In this document: positions 45,966 through 56,435 of the stretch, piece after piece
Layout of the letters: each line of letters starts with the position of its first letter
Position numbering within the stretch: position 1 is the first letter of the stretch
Origin: Candidatus Pullichristensenella avicola
GTDB taxonomy: Bacteria > Bacillota > Clostridia > Christensenellales > Aristaeellaceae
Direction of reading: 5' to 3'
Assembly: GCA_018711655.1 (NCBI GenBank)
Contig: DVIA01000043.1
Coordinates: 14,130 to 78,129 of the forward strand
Length of the DNA: 64,000 nucleotides
Program-made: the position numbers and the translations under genes
The notes under the pieces: model-generated
What the model was told of the DNA's origin: nothing
The model's input: the letters and a program-made list of their open reading frames with translations, nothing else
The model's database searches: none

Positions 45966-46838
45966 TCAAACAGCTTCCAGCCGTCGCGCCGCCCACTTCG
46001 CGTAGGGGCCGACGAGCGGGTCGCCCTCCAGGGCGCGGATGGCGGGAAGGTGCTCGCGCCTGCCCAGGCAGGCGGCGACCAGGCAGGCGCGGATGCGCAT
46101 GCGCGCTTTGCGCGCGTAGTTCGCGCCGATCAGCGGGGCCAAAGCATGCGTGTCCCCCGCCAGCAGGCGGTCAAGGGAAATGGCGGCGCGCACGTCCTCC
46201 GGCATGGGGACGGGGCGGACGGCGGCGTTGCGCGGGCAGGCCCGTTGGCAGAGGTCGCAGCCCCAGAGGCTGTTGCCGGTGAGGGCCATGGCCGCCTCGG
46301 GCATGGCCGGGGCGTTTTTCGCCGCCAGCGCGCGCAGGCAGCGGTCGGTATCGACATAACCCGCGCCGTCCAGGGCCTGAACGGGACAGGCGCGCAGGCA
46401 GCGGCCGCAATCCTTGCAGGCGTCGTCCAGGGGCGGTTCCTCCGTCCAGGCGCGGGGCGGGGCCTCTTCTTTGCTCCAGGCCGCCTCGACGGCGAAGCAG
46501 GTGCCCATGCCCTCGATGGCGACAAGGCCGTTGCGCCCGCGCCTGCCGATGCCGTAGCCGGCGAGGATCGGCTTGAGCGGCAGCCGAAAAGCCGGACGTT
46601 CGCAATTGGCCCTGACATATTCATAGAGCGTTTGCGAGGCGAGGTAGTACGCCGAAAGCGTCGCTTCGCCCATTTGCGATACAAAGGGCGCGTAGGGCAA
46701 CACGAACAGGCGCACGCAGCGCGCGCCCTCGGGCGCGTCGGCGCGCAGGCCGCCGGTGAAGGGCGTGGGCCGCGCGGCCACGTCCCGCCTCCACCGCTCC
46801 AGCGGCGGAATGGGCACAAGATATTCGCGCATCTCCAT
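45966..46838 (-). CDS. 4Fe-4S double-cluster protein, epoxyqueuosine reductase (QueG)-like but short (290 aa)
   Basis: CKDCGRCLRACP and CDLCQRACP ferredoxin motifs, with a HEAT-like tail (DPLVGPYAKWAARRLE). The ATG at 46838 shares one base with the DUF554 stop (TGATG). The 520-aa track ORF is an over-extension through the DUF554 gene. Confidence 0.6.
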   Translation of the reverse strand: MEMREYLVPIPPLERWRRDVAARPTPFTGGLRADAPEGARCVRLFVLPYAPFVSQMGEATLSAYYLASQTLYEYVRANCERPAFRLPLKPILAGYGIGRRGRNGLVAIEGMGTCFAVEAAWSKEEAPPRAWTEEPPLDDACKDCGRCLRACPVQALDGAGYVDTDRCLRALAAKNAPAMPEAAMALTGNSLWGCDLCQRACPRNAAVRPVPMPEDVRAAISLDRLLAGDTHALAPLIGANYARKARMRIRACLVAACLGRREHLPAIRALEGDPLVGPYAKWAARRLEAV

Positions 46839-47539
46839 CACAACAGCTTCCCCAGCCACTCGGCAATGGGAAAATAGGCGCAGGGCACGAGCATGGCCGG
46901 CAACATGTTGCCCACGCGCAGGCGCTCCTTCGTCACGCCCAACATGTTGAAGGAAAGCCCGATGATGAGCAGCGAGCCGACCGCCGACATCTCGCCGATC
47001 AGCGCATCTGTAAGAAAGGGCGCGAGCACGCCCGCGAGCGCGGCGATGCCGCCCTGATAGACGGTCAACGGAATGGCGGAAAAGATCACGCCCGCGCCAA
47101 ATGTGGAGGCGAAGATGACCGCCGAAACGGCGTCGATCACCGACTTGGCCAAAAGCGTATCGGGATTGTTGCGCAGCCCCGCCTCGAGGGAGCCGACGAC
47201 CGCCATCGCGCCGACGGAAAACAGCAGCGTGGCGTTGACAAAGCCCTCGGCAAAGCCGCCCTCGCCGTGGGAAAAGCGCGCCTGCGCCCACTCGCCCAGG
47301 CGGTCCAGGCCGCGCTCGATGCGCAAAAGCTCGCCCGCCAGCGTGCCGACCACCGCCGAGACAATGACGATCAGGACGTTGGAGGTCTTGATCGCGCCGG
47401 AAACGCCGATCACCAGCACGCACAGCGCCAGCGCCTGATTGAGCGCCGTCTGGTATTTCCTGGGAATGCCGCCGCGCAGCAGCGTGCCGAGCAGGCCGCC
47501 GACCACCACGCCGGCAAAATTGACCCATACGCCGAGCAT
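46838..47539 (-). CDS. DUF554-family membrane protein
   Basis: MLGVWVNFAGVVVGGLLGTLLRGGIP... and SLEAGL..NPDTLLAKSVIDAVSAVIFAST are family-typical. GGGGAGGGGAGACG-ATG. Confidence 0.8.
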   Translation of the reverse strand: MLGVWVNFAGVVVGGLLGTLLRGGIPRKYQTALNQALALCVLVIGVSGAIKTSNVLIVIVSAVVGTLAGELLRIERGLDRLGEWAQARFSHGEGGFAEGFVNATLLFSVGAMAVVGSLEAGLRNNPDTLLAKSVIDAVSAVIFASTFGAGVIFSAIPLTVYQGGIAALAGVLAPFLTDALIGEMSAVGSLLIIGLSFNMLGVTKERLRVGNMLPAMLVPCAYFPIAEWLGKLL

Positions 47540-47552
47540 CGTCTCCCCTCCC

Positions 47553-48344
47553 CTACAGTTTCACCGCGCCAGTGCGCGCGGCGTGGAACAGGAACTGCTG
47601 CAATATGCCGCCGTGCGCGCCGAAGCGTTCGCGCGCCATGCGCGCCAGATGGCGGCGGGAGCCGCGCATGCCGAACCATTCGTGCAAAAGCTTCGCCACC
47701 CATGTATCGACGGGAAAGGCCTCCGCGTGACCGCAGCCGAAAAGCAGCACGCAGTCCGCCACCTTGTCGCCCACGCCCTTGAGCGTGGTCAGGCGCGCGT
47801 GCGCCTCCTCGTAAGGCAGATCGCGCAGGGCCTCCAGGGAAAACCCTTCGCAGACGGCGCGGGCCGTTTCAATAAGATACGGCGCGCGATAGCCGGCCCC
47901 GAGCGCGCGCAATTCGGCCTCGGAAGCGCCCGCGACCGCCTCCGGGCCGGGAATGCCGTATAGGCCGTCCGCCTCGGGCCCATAGGCGCGGGAGATGGCG
48001 TAGACCAGCGAGCGGATGCGCACGACGTTGTTGTTGGCCGAAAGGATGAAGGAAAACAGCGTTTCCCATGCCGGCTGGTTCAAAACGCGCAGGCCCGGAC
48101 AGGCGGCGAAAGCCTGCTGCGCGGCAGGAAATTCCGCGTATTCGCGGGCGATGGCCGCGTAATCCCGATCCAGATCGAGATAACGGCGCAGGCGCGCGTC
48201 GGCAATTTCCGCATCCGAACGCAGCCATACGGCGTTGCCATCCAACACCGCGCCGAAGCCGCGCTCCGTTTCCAGCCAGTGAAAACACTGGGCCGCGTCG
48301 ATAAGAGAAAGACGCAGGTCTATCTTCCGCTTTTGTATTTCCAT
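47553..48344 (-). CDS. ogg: 8-oxoguanine DNA glycosylase/AP lyase (Ogg, HhH-GPD)
   Basis: LKGVGDKVADCVLLFG (catalytic Lys context, as in GVGTKVADCI of OGG1) followed by FPVDTWV (catalytic Asp). Start at 48344 (MEIQKRKIDL...); the RBS is weak. Confidence 0.8.
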   Translation of the reverse strand: MEIQKRKIDLRLSLIDAAQCFHWLETERGFGAVLDGNAVWLRSDAEIADARLRRYLDLDRDYAAIAREYAEFPAAQQAFAACPGLRVLNQPAWETLFSFILSANNNVVRIRSLVYAISRAYGPEADGLYGIPGPEAVAGASEAELRALGAGYRAPYLIETARAVCEGFSLEALRDLPYEEAHARLTTLKGVGDKVADCVLLFGCGHAEAFPVDTWVAKLLHEWFGMRGSRRHLARMARERFGAHGGILQQFLFHAARTGAVKL

Positions 48345-48943
48345 ACGCTCACCATTTTCACACAGGATTTTCAGCCTTCTGCCGGCTGCTTGCCGCGGGC
48401 ATTTTCTCCGCGCTGAATGCGGCGCCAAAGGCAGATCTCCCCGCTTCCCGGCGGCGGATACCGTCGAAGCCACCGTTCGCAGGGCCGCAAAGCGCGCTCA
48501 TGGGCCGCTGCGCCGCGCGCCGAGAGGCCCGCGCAGGGGTTCGTCCATCTTTCGCCGCTCATGGCAAAGCGCTTCGGCCGGGGCGCGCTTGGCAGCGGGC
48601 GCCGGAACGTCCGCGAATCGCGGCGCGGCGCATTTTTTCCATCGCCGCAGGCTGGGCGACGTTGACCGCGCCCGGTCGCGATATTGCCGCAAAGCCACGC
48701 GCCCGTTTCGCCGCCCGACAGGGCGACGCCCCTGCGCGCAGGCCCCAATGCCGGCGCCTTGCCGTGGCCCGATCCACAGGAAAGCCCCTGCGAAAACCCG
48801 GGCTGCGAGCCAGGACACCGGCCCCCACGCGGCCCCCACGCGTTCCTTCCAACTGCGCCGCAACTGAAAAGATTGCCTGAAAACCGGAGTTTTCAGACAA
48901 TCTGAAACGTGCCTTTCGGCATGTCCTGATCCCGCGTTCGCCG

Positions 48944-49240
48944 TTATTGCGCGGCGGCCTCGGTCTTGGGATAAATGCTGACCTGCTTGCGGGTCTTGCC
49001 GAGACGCTCGAACTTGACGACGCCGTCCATCTTGGCGTAGAGCGTATCGTCGTCTCCGATGCCCACATTGTGGCCGGGATGGATGCGCGTGCCGCGCTGG
49101 CGCACGAGAATGTTGCCCGCCAGCACGAACTGGCCGTCGGCGCGCTTGGTGCCCAGGCGCTGCGCGTGGCTGTCGCGGCCGTTGCGGGAGGAGCCCATTC
49201 CCTTTTTATGCGCGAAAAGCTGCAAATTCATCTTGAACAT
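48944..49240 (-). CDS. rpmA: 50S ribosomal protein L27 with cleavable N-terminal extension
   Basis: [24 protein letters not shown]. The 9-aa propeptide matches the Prp cleavage context. Confidence 0.97.
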   Translation of the reverse strand: MFKMNLQLFAHKKGMGSSRNGRDSHAQRLGTKRADGQFVLAGNILVRQRGTRIHPGHNVGIGDDDTLYAKMDGVVKFERLGKTRKQVSIYPKTEAAAQ

Positions 49241-49244
49241 GTGC

Positions 49245-49583
49245 CTACCTCCGTTCCTGAAAGATCACCCGGATATGCCGGGCGTAGTCCGCCTCAAGCA
49301 TTTGGAGAGCGGAAACAAGCGTTCTGAGCAGGAGTTGCGCTCCCGCGCGCTTGTCCTCTGGAACATTCCCCAGCGAGGCGGTGAGAATGCCGTCCTTTTC
49401 GTCGATTGCATAGTCCACGGGCGCTTTCAAAACATTGAGAAGGCCGTTGAGCGTTCCCTGTGTCAGCGCCGAAACCGCCGCACAGACGATATCCTCGCCC
49501 GCTTCGGCATAGTCCGCATGACCGCGGCAATCGAAACCGGACAGCGCGCCGTCCGCTTCGCAAAAGACGGTCACAGTCGTCAT
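49245..49583 (-). CDS. prp: ribosomal-processing cysteine protease Prp
   Basis: 112 aa located between rplU and rpmA. CRGHADYA...[10 protein letters not shown] contains the His/Cys dyad context typical of Prp (YsxB). Confidence 0.9.
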   Translation of the reverse strand: MTTVTVFCEADGALSGFDCRGHADYAEAGEDIVCAAVSALTQGTLNGLLNVLKAPVDYAIDEKDGILTASLGNVPEDKRAGAQLLLRTLVSALQMLEADYARHIRVIFQERR

Positions 49584-49891
49584 CAGGCGTTCACGGCCGT
49601 GATTTCGACCTTCGTGTAGGGCTGACGATGGCCCTGCTTCTTGCGCTCGTTCTTCTTGGCCTTGTACTTGTAGACGACGATCTTCTCGCCCTTGACCTGC
49701 GCAAGAGCCTTGCCCTCTACGCTGGCGCCAGCGACCACGGGCGTGCCGATCTTGGTTTCTTCGCCGCCGACGAAGAGCACCTGGTCAAACTTCACCGCAT
49801 CGCCCGCCTGAACGTCGAGCTTCTCAACGAAGATAACGTCGCCCTGCTGGACGCGGTACTGCTTGCCACCGGTCTGAATGACTGCGTACAC
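49583..49891 (-). CDS. rplU: 50S ribosomal protein L21
   Basis: (M)[17 protein letters not shown] is canonical. CAGGAGG-8nt-GTG at 49891. Confidence 0.96.
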   Translation of the reverse strand: MYAVIQTGGKQYRVQQGDVIFVEKLDVQAGDAVKFDQVLFVGGEETKIGTPVVAGASVEGKALAQVKGEKIVVYKYKAKKNERKKQGHRQPYTKVEITAVNA

Positions 49892-49978
49892 GCGTTGCAC
49901 CTCCTGTTCACAATACTCGCCACGGCCGGGCAGCGCTTGCGCGCGTTTACAGGCCCCCCATGAGCGGCTTCCGAATTA
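49892..49978 (-). promoter_or_regulatory. rplU 5' leader (candidate L21 ribosomal-protein leader)
   Basis: About 85 nt of GC-rich leader between a perfect promoter and the RBS. Assigned by position only; not matched to a covariance model. Confidence 0.3.
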
Positions 49979-50007
49979 TTATACCTGAAATGCGCGTCCA
50001 TGTCAAA
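49979..50007 (-). promoter_or_regulatory. consensus sigma-A promoter of rplU-prp-rpmA
   Basis: Reverse strand reads TTGACA (50007-50002), a 17-nt spacer, then TATAAT (49984-49979). Confidence 0.75.
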
Positions 50008-50704
50008 TCGCGGCGCGCAAAAAGCGCGCGCAGAGCGAAATTTAACATGCCCGCGCGCGCAAATCCTCCAGCGTCGAGGCAACACCGCGGCCGGGAAAGG
50101 AAACGCGAGGGGCCTGCGGCCGATTTTTGCCCCTGCCCTCCCGCATTTGCGCCTGCCATCTTCTCCCAGGTCCTGCGCGTTTCACCGTTTTCCTGCGCGC
50201 CCCGCGCCGATCGGAGGATCCATGCGCCGCGCCGGGGCGTCCTCCTGTTCGCAGGCAGGAGAATGGAACGCAGCCGCGGACAGTATGAGGTTCCGCTTTC
50301 GCACCCGCCGCCATGCTGAATGCGAAAACACGGCGCGCAAAGCGCCTCTGCTTTCCCCGAGCGCGCGCCTCCGCCTTGCGACATTTGGCATCGCTCCTGT
50401 CCGGGCGGGCCCGAGGTTTGCCTTCGCGCCCGACGCCCCATTGCATGCGCATGCGCAGACGCGGGTCGCATGCCGTCCACGATCAAACTTCTCCCAGCCA
50501 GCCCGCGCCCACGCAGATGCGCAGCGCGTGCGGCGCATTTTGCCGGCCTTGACCGCCGCGCCTGCGCACGCCGCGTGGACGCAAAGCGCGTCGCAACGCA
50601 ACGGAGCCCGCCGGCAAGGAAGCAAGCCGCCCGTGCCCGCGTCTCCTGGACGCGCCCGCAAAAGCGTTCCATCTGGCGCATTGCTTCCAGCGCGGACGGC
50701 TTTG

Positions 50705-50737
50705 CGCAAACAAACGCCGCGCCCGAAGGCGCGGCGT
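50705..50737 (-). terminator. rho-independent terminator after rnpB
   Basis: Reverse strand reads ACGCCGCGCC-ttcg-GGCGCGGCGT followed by TTGTTTG. Confidence 0.75.
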
Positions 50738-50742
50738 GCGAA

Positions 50743-51085
50743 CGTGAGCGGCGTCTGTAAGCCGAGTTCTGTCTTGGACGGCCATCTATCTAGGCCCGCG
50801 GTTGCCAGCGGGCTCAAGCGATTACCCGGGAGCGCGACGGGCCGCCGCATATGCTCCCCTATCAATCTTGCGCCAGGTGGGGTTTACAGAGCGGACAAGT
50901 CGCCAAGCCGCTGGTGAGCTCTTACCTCGCCTTTCCACCCTTACGTTTCCCAAAGGAAACGCGGTATATCTCTGTTGCACTTTCCTTGGAGTCGCCTCCA
51001 CCGGCAGTTAACCGGCACCCTGCCCTATGGAGCTCGGACTTTCCTCAGACGGACAAGCCGCCTGCGGCCGCCCGGCGCCCTCACG
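50743..51085 (-). ncRNA. rnpB: RNase P RNA, bacterial type A
   Basis: Reverse strand carries GAGGAAAGTCCGAGCTCCATAGGGCAGGGTGCCGGTTAACTGCCGG (CR-I/P4 region, plus-strand coordinates about 51000-51046), GGTAAGGGTGGAAAGG...GGTAAGAGCTCACCAG, GCCTAGATAGATGGCCGTCC and ACAGAACTCGGCTTACAG (about 50756-50772). These align closely with E. coli M1 RNA as I recall it. The P1 helix pairs CGTGAGGGCG with CGCC(g)CTCACG. The ends are approximate. Confidence 0.9.
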
Positions 51086-51118
51086 GTTTCGCTGTTTCAA
51101 GGGGCGGGAGAAGTCCCG

Positions 51119-51826
51119 CTATTTGGGATCGTAGAGAATGCGGCCGCAGTTGTCGCATTCCACCGTTTTCTCTCCCAGTTTGAGTTCGCGCAGCGTGGCC
51201 GACGGCAGGGACATGAAGCACCCGCTGCACTGTCCCTCCACCAGGCGCGCCATCGGCGGCGTGCAATGCTGCTTGATGGCGCGATAGCGCTTCAAAAGCG
51301 CCGGATCGAGCTTCGCGGCCTCCTTTTCGATGTTTTCGCGCATCTGCGCCAGCTTCTGCGTATCGCGCTTGAATTCCTGATCGTAGACCTGCTTGAGTTG
51401 ATCGTATTCCTGCTTGGTCTTGGCTGCGCGCACGCGGATCTCCTTCTGCTGGCGGTCGCGCGCTTCGGCGTCCTTGCGCATTTTGACCAGTTCCTGCTCG
51501 TAGCGGGCCAGCGTCTCCGTCAGGCGCTGCGCGGCCTCGGCGCGGCGCTCGCTCTCCTCCACATCCGCAGGCGGATTGGCGTCGAGTTGCTCGACCATGT
51601 TCTCCAAAACGGCCTGCAAGCGCTTCGCCTCGTCGCCGACGGCCGCGAGTCTGTCCTGCATGACGGCCACGTCTGCCTCGAGCTTTTTCATGTTGCTCTG
51701 CTGTTCGAGTATGAAATTGCGCTGCTTGAGCAGCTTCTGGCGGTTGGGCGAAAGGCGCATCTGCCCCTCGAACTTGTCCGCCTCCATATCGACCTGCATG
51801 AAATTCCAAAGATCATCCAACTGCAC
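51119..51826 (-). CDS. COG1579/DUF164 coiled-coil protein with C4 zinc ribbon
   Basis: A long heptad-rich region followed by GQCSGCFMSLP...VECDNCGRILY. GGAGGG-6nt-GTG at 51826; the track start is 51832. Confidence 0.85.
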   Translation of the reverse strand: MQLDDLWNFMQVDMEADKFEGQMRLSPNRQKLLKQRNFILEQQSNMKKLEADVAVMQDRLAAVGDEAKRLQAVLENMVEQLDANPPADVEESERRAEAAQRLTETLARYEQELVKMRKDAEARDRQQKEIRVRAAKTKQEYDQLKQVYDQEFKRDTQKLAQMRENIEKEAAKLDPALLKRYRAIKQHCTPPMARLVEGQCSGCFMSLPSATLRELKLGEKTVECDNCGRILYDPK

Positions 51827-51841
51827 GAGCATCCCTCCATA

Positions 51842-52600
51842 TTACAAGAACGGCCTGTGCGCGCTCTCAAAAGTCTCCACCTTATATTCTACAGCATTTA
51901 TCGCTTTTTGTAAACCTTCGCGCAGAACGCGCACCGCGGGGTGCTCCGTCGCCGCGTGGCCGGCTTCGAGAACCGCCATCCCCGCCGCGGCGCAATTGAG
52001 CGCCGCATGGTAGGAAATCTCGCCGGTGACATAGACGTCCGCCCCCGCGGCCTGGGCGATGGAGGCATACCCTCCGCCCGCGCCGCCCAACACCGCCACG
52101 CGGCGGACGGCCCGGCCCGGTTTTCCATAGGCGCGCACCGCGCCGCCCAGCGCCGTTTCCACATGGCGGCGGAAGTCGGCAAGCGTCGTCGGTTCAAAAT
52201 CGCCGATGCGCATGCCGCTTTCCAGCGCCGCGCTCTGACGCACGCCAAGCCGGTCGCACAGCGCCCGGTTGACGCCGCCATCGGCGTTGTCAAAATTCGT
52301 GTGCATGGCGATCAGCGCCACGCGCGCGCGCACCAGGTCCGCCAGCAGCCTGCCCTCCGGATCGTCCTCGCGCAGGTTCTTGCGCCCGCCAAAGAGGATG
52401 GGATGGTGCGTAACGATCAATTCCGCGCCCAGTTCCTTCGCCTCTTCAAGCACTTCCGCGCACAGATCCAGCGCCACCAAAGCGCGCGTGACCTGCCAGG
52501 AAGGATCGCCGGCCAGCAGGCCCGCGTTGTCCCATTCCTCCTGCGTTTCCAGAGGGGCGATGCCCTCCAGGATTTCAAGAATGTCCCGAACCGTCGCCAT
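51842..52600 (-). CDS. Nif3-like dinuclear metal centre protein (GTP cyclohydrolase I type 2 homologue)
   Basis: MATVRDILEILEGIAPLETQEEWDNAGLL... and ELIVTHHPILF are canonical NIF3 motifs. GGGAGG RBS. Confidence 0.9.
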   Translation of the reverse strand: MATVRDILEILEGIAPLETQEEWDNAGLLAGDPSWQVTRALVALDLCAEVLEEAKELGAELIVTHHPILFGGRKNLREDDPEGRLLADLVRARVALIAMHTNFDNADGGVNRALCDRLGVRQSAALESGMRIGDFEPTTLADFRRHVETALGGAVRAYGKPGRAVRRVAVLGGAGGGYASIAQAAGADVYVTGEISYHAALNCAAAGMAVLEAGHAATEHPAVRVLREGLQKAINAVEYKVETFESAHRPFL

Positions 52601-53272
52601 GGACAGTCGCCTCCCAAATGGAAATTTCCCGTTCCAGGGCCGCGGCGTCGCCCTGTCCGCGCCGCGCGCCTGCGAGCGCCTTGCCCGCCACGCGCAGGCG
52701 GAATGCCGCATAGTCAAAAAGAAGCGGCGGGCGCTTGCGCAGAAGCACGGGGCCGACTTCCATTTCCTCCGGCGACAGGCGCATTTGCCCCGCCTGCGCC
52801 GCAATGATCACATACAGCCTGCGCCCTTCGCGGGCGATGACTTCTTCCACGATGCAAAAGCCCGCCGCCTGCAAGCGCATACGCAATTCCGGCGCGGCCA
52901 CGTTGGGCTGCAAAACAAGGCGGGAGGCGGAGAGGACGGCCCTCCCGCGCTCGACAATGCCAGCGATGGTCTGCCCACCCATGCCGGCGACGACCGCCAC
53001 GTCTGGTCGCTCCTTCAGCGCCTGCGCGCCGTCGCCGACGCAGAACGTCGCCCGCTCCGACAGCCCCAGGCCATAGATGAGCCTGCGCGCCTTGACCAGC
53101 GACGCCTCCGAAATATCGGCCAGTTGCGCCCGCTCGCACAGGCCGTGCAAAAGCATGTGGGCGCTCAGGCGGCCATGATCGGCGCCGATGTCGGCAAAAC
53201 TTGCGCAGCTTCCGGCCAAATCGCGTATGGCCGAAAGCCGCGCGCCCAGCGATATGGCGTTTTCGGGCAACA

Positions 53273-53273
<1 letters not shown>
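52575..53273 (-). CDS. trmK: tRNA (adenine(22)-N1)-methyltransferase
   Basis: LSAIRDLAGSCASFADIGADHGRL...VVAGMGGQTI is typical of TrmK/YqfN. The ATG shares one base with the sigA stop, and the 3' end overlaps nif3 by 26 nt. The track ORF is over-extended to 53813. Confidence 0.85.
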
Positions 53274-54361
<1,088 letters not shown>

Positions 54362-54400
54362 GCTGGCCTCTCCTTTCGACCGGTCATGTCCAGAGAAGGT

Positions 54401-56107
54401 TCAATACAGCTTCTCTATCTTTTCGTAGATTCTGCGCCGCTCTTCCGCGTCGGCGGTAGCCGCCTGCGCCTGCAGGCGTTCGACCTCTCCGGCGCGGCGC
54501 GCGCCGCGGATGGCGTTCAATGCGTCTTCGGCCATTTTCAGCGCCTCGTCGCGGCTTTCCGGCAGAGGCTGATAGTTGAGCGCCGGCAAAACGCGCGCCC
54601 GCGCCTCGTCGTCCAGCCTTTCCAGAAAAGCATTGACGCTTTTGCCTTCAATTAACCACGCCGCGCAATCGCGCAACGGGCCGGCGTCAAAATCGCCGGG
54701 ATCGACGGTCTGCGCAGGAATGCGTCCTTCGCTCAACAGCGTCAGCAGCGCGCGCTCGGCCGCGCTTGCGTTCTCCCCGGTGCTTCCGCGCGGGCGGAGC
54801 GCGCGGGGGCGTTCCTCGCGCGCGGGCGCGCTTACGCCGATCTGCTGAAGCAGTATCTCGCGGTCATAACCCGTTTCCGCAACCAGGCGGCGCAAATGGT
54901 TCTCCATCTCCACCGGGTTTTGCACGCCGCGCAATATCTGACAACAGCGCAGCGCGTACTGCGTCGTGCCCTCCTGCGTGGCAAGATCCAATCCATCGCG
55001 CGCGCGCAGCATGCGGTACTCCGCGGCGTCATACTTCTTCAACGCCTCAAAGCCCGCGGCCCCCCGCGCGCGGATAAACTCGTCCGGATCCATCCCCTCG
55101 GGATAGTCGATCACGCGGGCTTTCAATCCCGTTGGCGCCAGGATGTCCAGCGCGCGCAGCGCGGCCTTCTGCCCGGCGGCGTCGCCATCGTAGCTGATCC
55201 AGACCTCGGGCGCGTAGCGCTTCATCAGCCTGGCCTGTTCCTCGGTCAGCGCCGTTCCCAACGTGGCCACCACGCCCTGCACGCCGTGTTTGCGCAGGGA
55301 AACGGCGTCCATATAGCCTTCCACCAGCACCAGACGGCCGACGCCGCGCTCCTTTTTGACGAAATTGAGCGCGTAAAGCCCCTGGCGCTTGTTGAACACC
55401 GGCGTATCCGCCGTGTTCAAATACTTGGGCTGCGCTTCGCCCAGCGCCCGGCCGCCGAACCCCAGCACCTTGCCCTGCGCGTTGATGATGGGAAAGATCA
55501 CACGGCCGCGGAACATGTCGTAAGCGCCGCCCTCGCGCCGCACGACGAGCCCGGCGCGTTCCAAAATCGCCTGATCGAAACCCTCGCCGGCGAGATGGCG
55601 CAACGTACCGTCCCAACCGCGCGGCGCAAACCCTAGGCCGAAGCGGCGAATGTCCGCATCGCTAAGGCCGCGCTTGTAGAGGTAGGAAAGCCCCTGCGCG
55701 CCCTCGTCCGTCCACAGCGTGGCGTGGAAAAACCGCGCCGCGGCGACATTGGCGTTGTAAATGCGCTCACGCTCGTCCGGGCGCAGCGCTGCGCCCTTTT
55801 CCTTTGCCTCGGCCGGCAGCGGCAGATGCGCGCGTTCGGCCAGCAGTTTTACCGCCTCCTGGAAGTCCAGCCGCTCCATTTCCATCACGAACTGTATCAC
55901 CGTGCCGCCCTTATGACAGCCGAAGCAATAGAACAGCTGCGTTTGCGTGTCCACGGAAAACGAAGGCGTTTTTTCGTTGTGAAACGGGCAGAGGCCCCAA
56001 CAGCGGTGACCTTTGGGCTTGAGGCGGACATATTCGGAAACGATCTCCTCAATGCTGAGGCGCGCGCGCAATTCTTCCAGCCACGCGTCAGAAAATCTTG
56101 CCGACAT
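54401..56107 (-). CDS. dnaG: DNA primase
   Basis: Zinc finger CPFHNEKTPSFSV...YCFGCHKGG and TOPRIM region LVEGYMDV-type (LVLVEGYMDAVSL). GGAGAGGTGAAC-ATG at 56107. Confidence 0.95.
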   Translation of the reverse strand: MSARFSDAWLEELRARLSIEEIVSEYVRLKPKGHRCWGLCPFHNEKTPSFSVDTQTQLFYCFGCHKGGTVIQFVMEMERLDFQEAVKLLAERAHLPLPAEAKEKGAALRPDERERIYNANVAAARFFHATLWTDEGAQGLSYLYKRGLSDADIRRFGLGFAPRGWDGTLRHLAGEGFDQAILERAGLVVRREGGAYDMFRGRVIFPIINAQGKVLGFGGRALGEAQPKYLNTADTPVFNKRQGLYALNFVKKERGVGRLVLVEGYMDAVSLRKHGVQGVVATLGTALTEEQARLMKRYAPEVWISYDGDAAGQKAALRALDILAPTGLKARVIDYPEGMDPDEFIRARGAAGFEALKKYDAAEYRMLRARDGLDLATQEGTTQYALRCCQILRGVQNPVEMENHLRRLVAETGYDREILLQQIGVSAPAREERPRALRPRGSTGENASAAERALLTLLSEGRIPAQTVDPGDFDAGPLRDCAAWLIEGKSVNAFLERLDDEARARVLPALNYQPLPESRDEALKMAEDALNAIRGARRAGEVERLQAQAATADAEERRRIYEKIEKLY

Positions 56108-56435
56108 GTTCACCTCTCCGGGAAAAACCATCCGTCGCCCGGACAACCACGCGACGTCTGCTTGTTTGTATTATGATTCGCCGTCCGCCGCGTCGATTCC
56201 TGCATCATTTTTCGACATTTTGCGGCAAATTATCGCGTCCGGGCCCACGCAGGATCCGGGCAAAACGCCCTCCCACTACTGAAGGTATATACCACATGCA
56301 CGCAAAAAAACCTTCAATCTCTCGCAAATTAACAAAAATAAAACAGAACGCAGTCTGTTTATCTCCGCGCACCCTCCGACATCCAGGGCCATAGGATGCC
56401 GGGGAGCGGCCCTCCGCCCCACGGGAGGAAACGAC

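Noticed and set aside
45966-47528. 520-aa ORF spanning the QueG-like gene and most of the DUF554 gene
   Set aside because: The upstream part is an alternative-frame read-through of the DUF554 gene, which is clearly a membrane protein in its own frame. The real start is at 46838.
49947-50917. 244-aa (minus) and 305-aa (plus) ORFs in the rnpB/rplU spacer
   Set aside because: Both are Arg-rich and lack an RBS. They overlap RNase P RNA or the rplU promoter.
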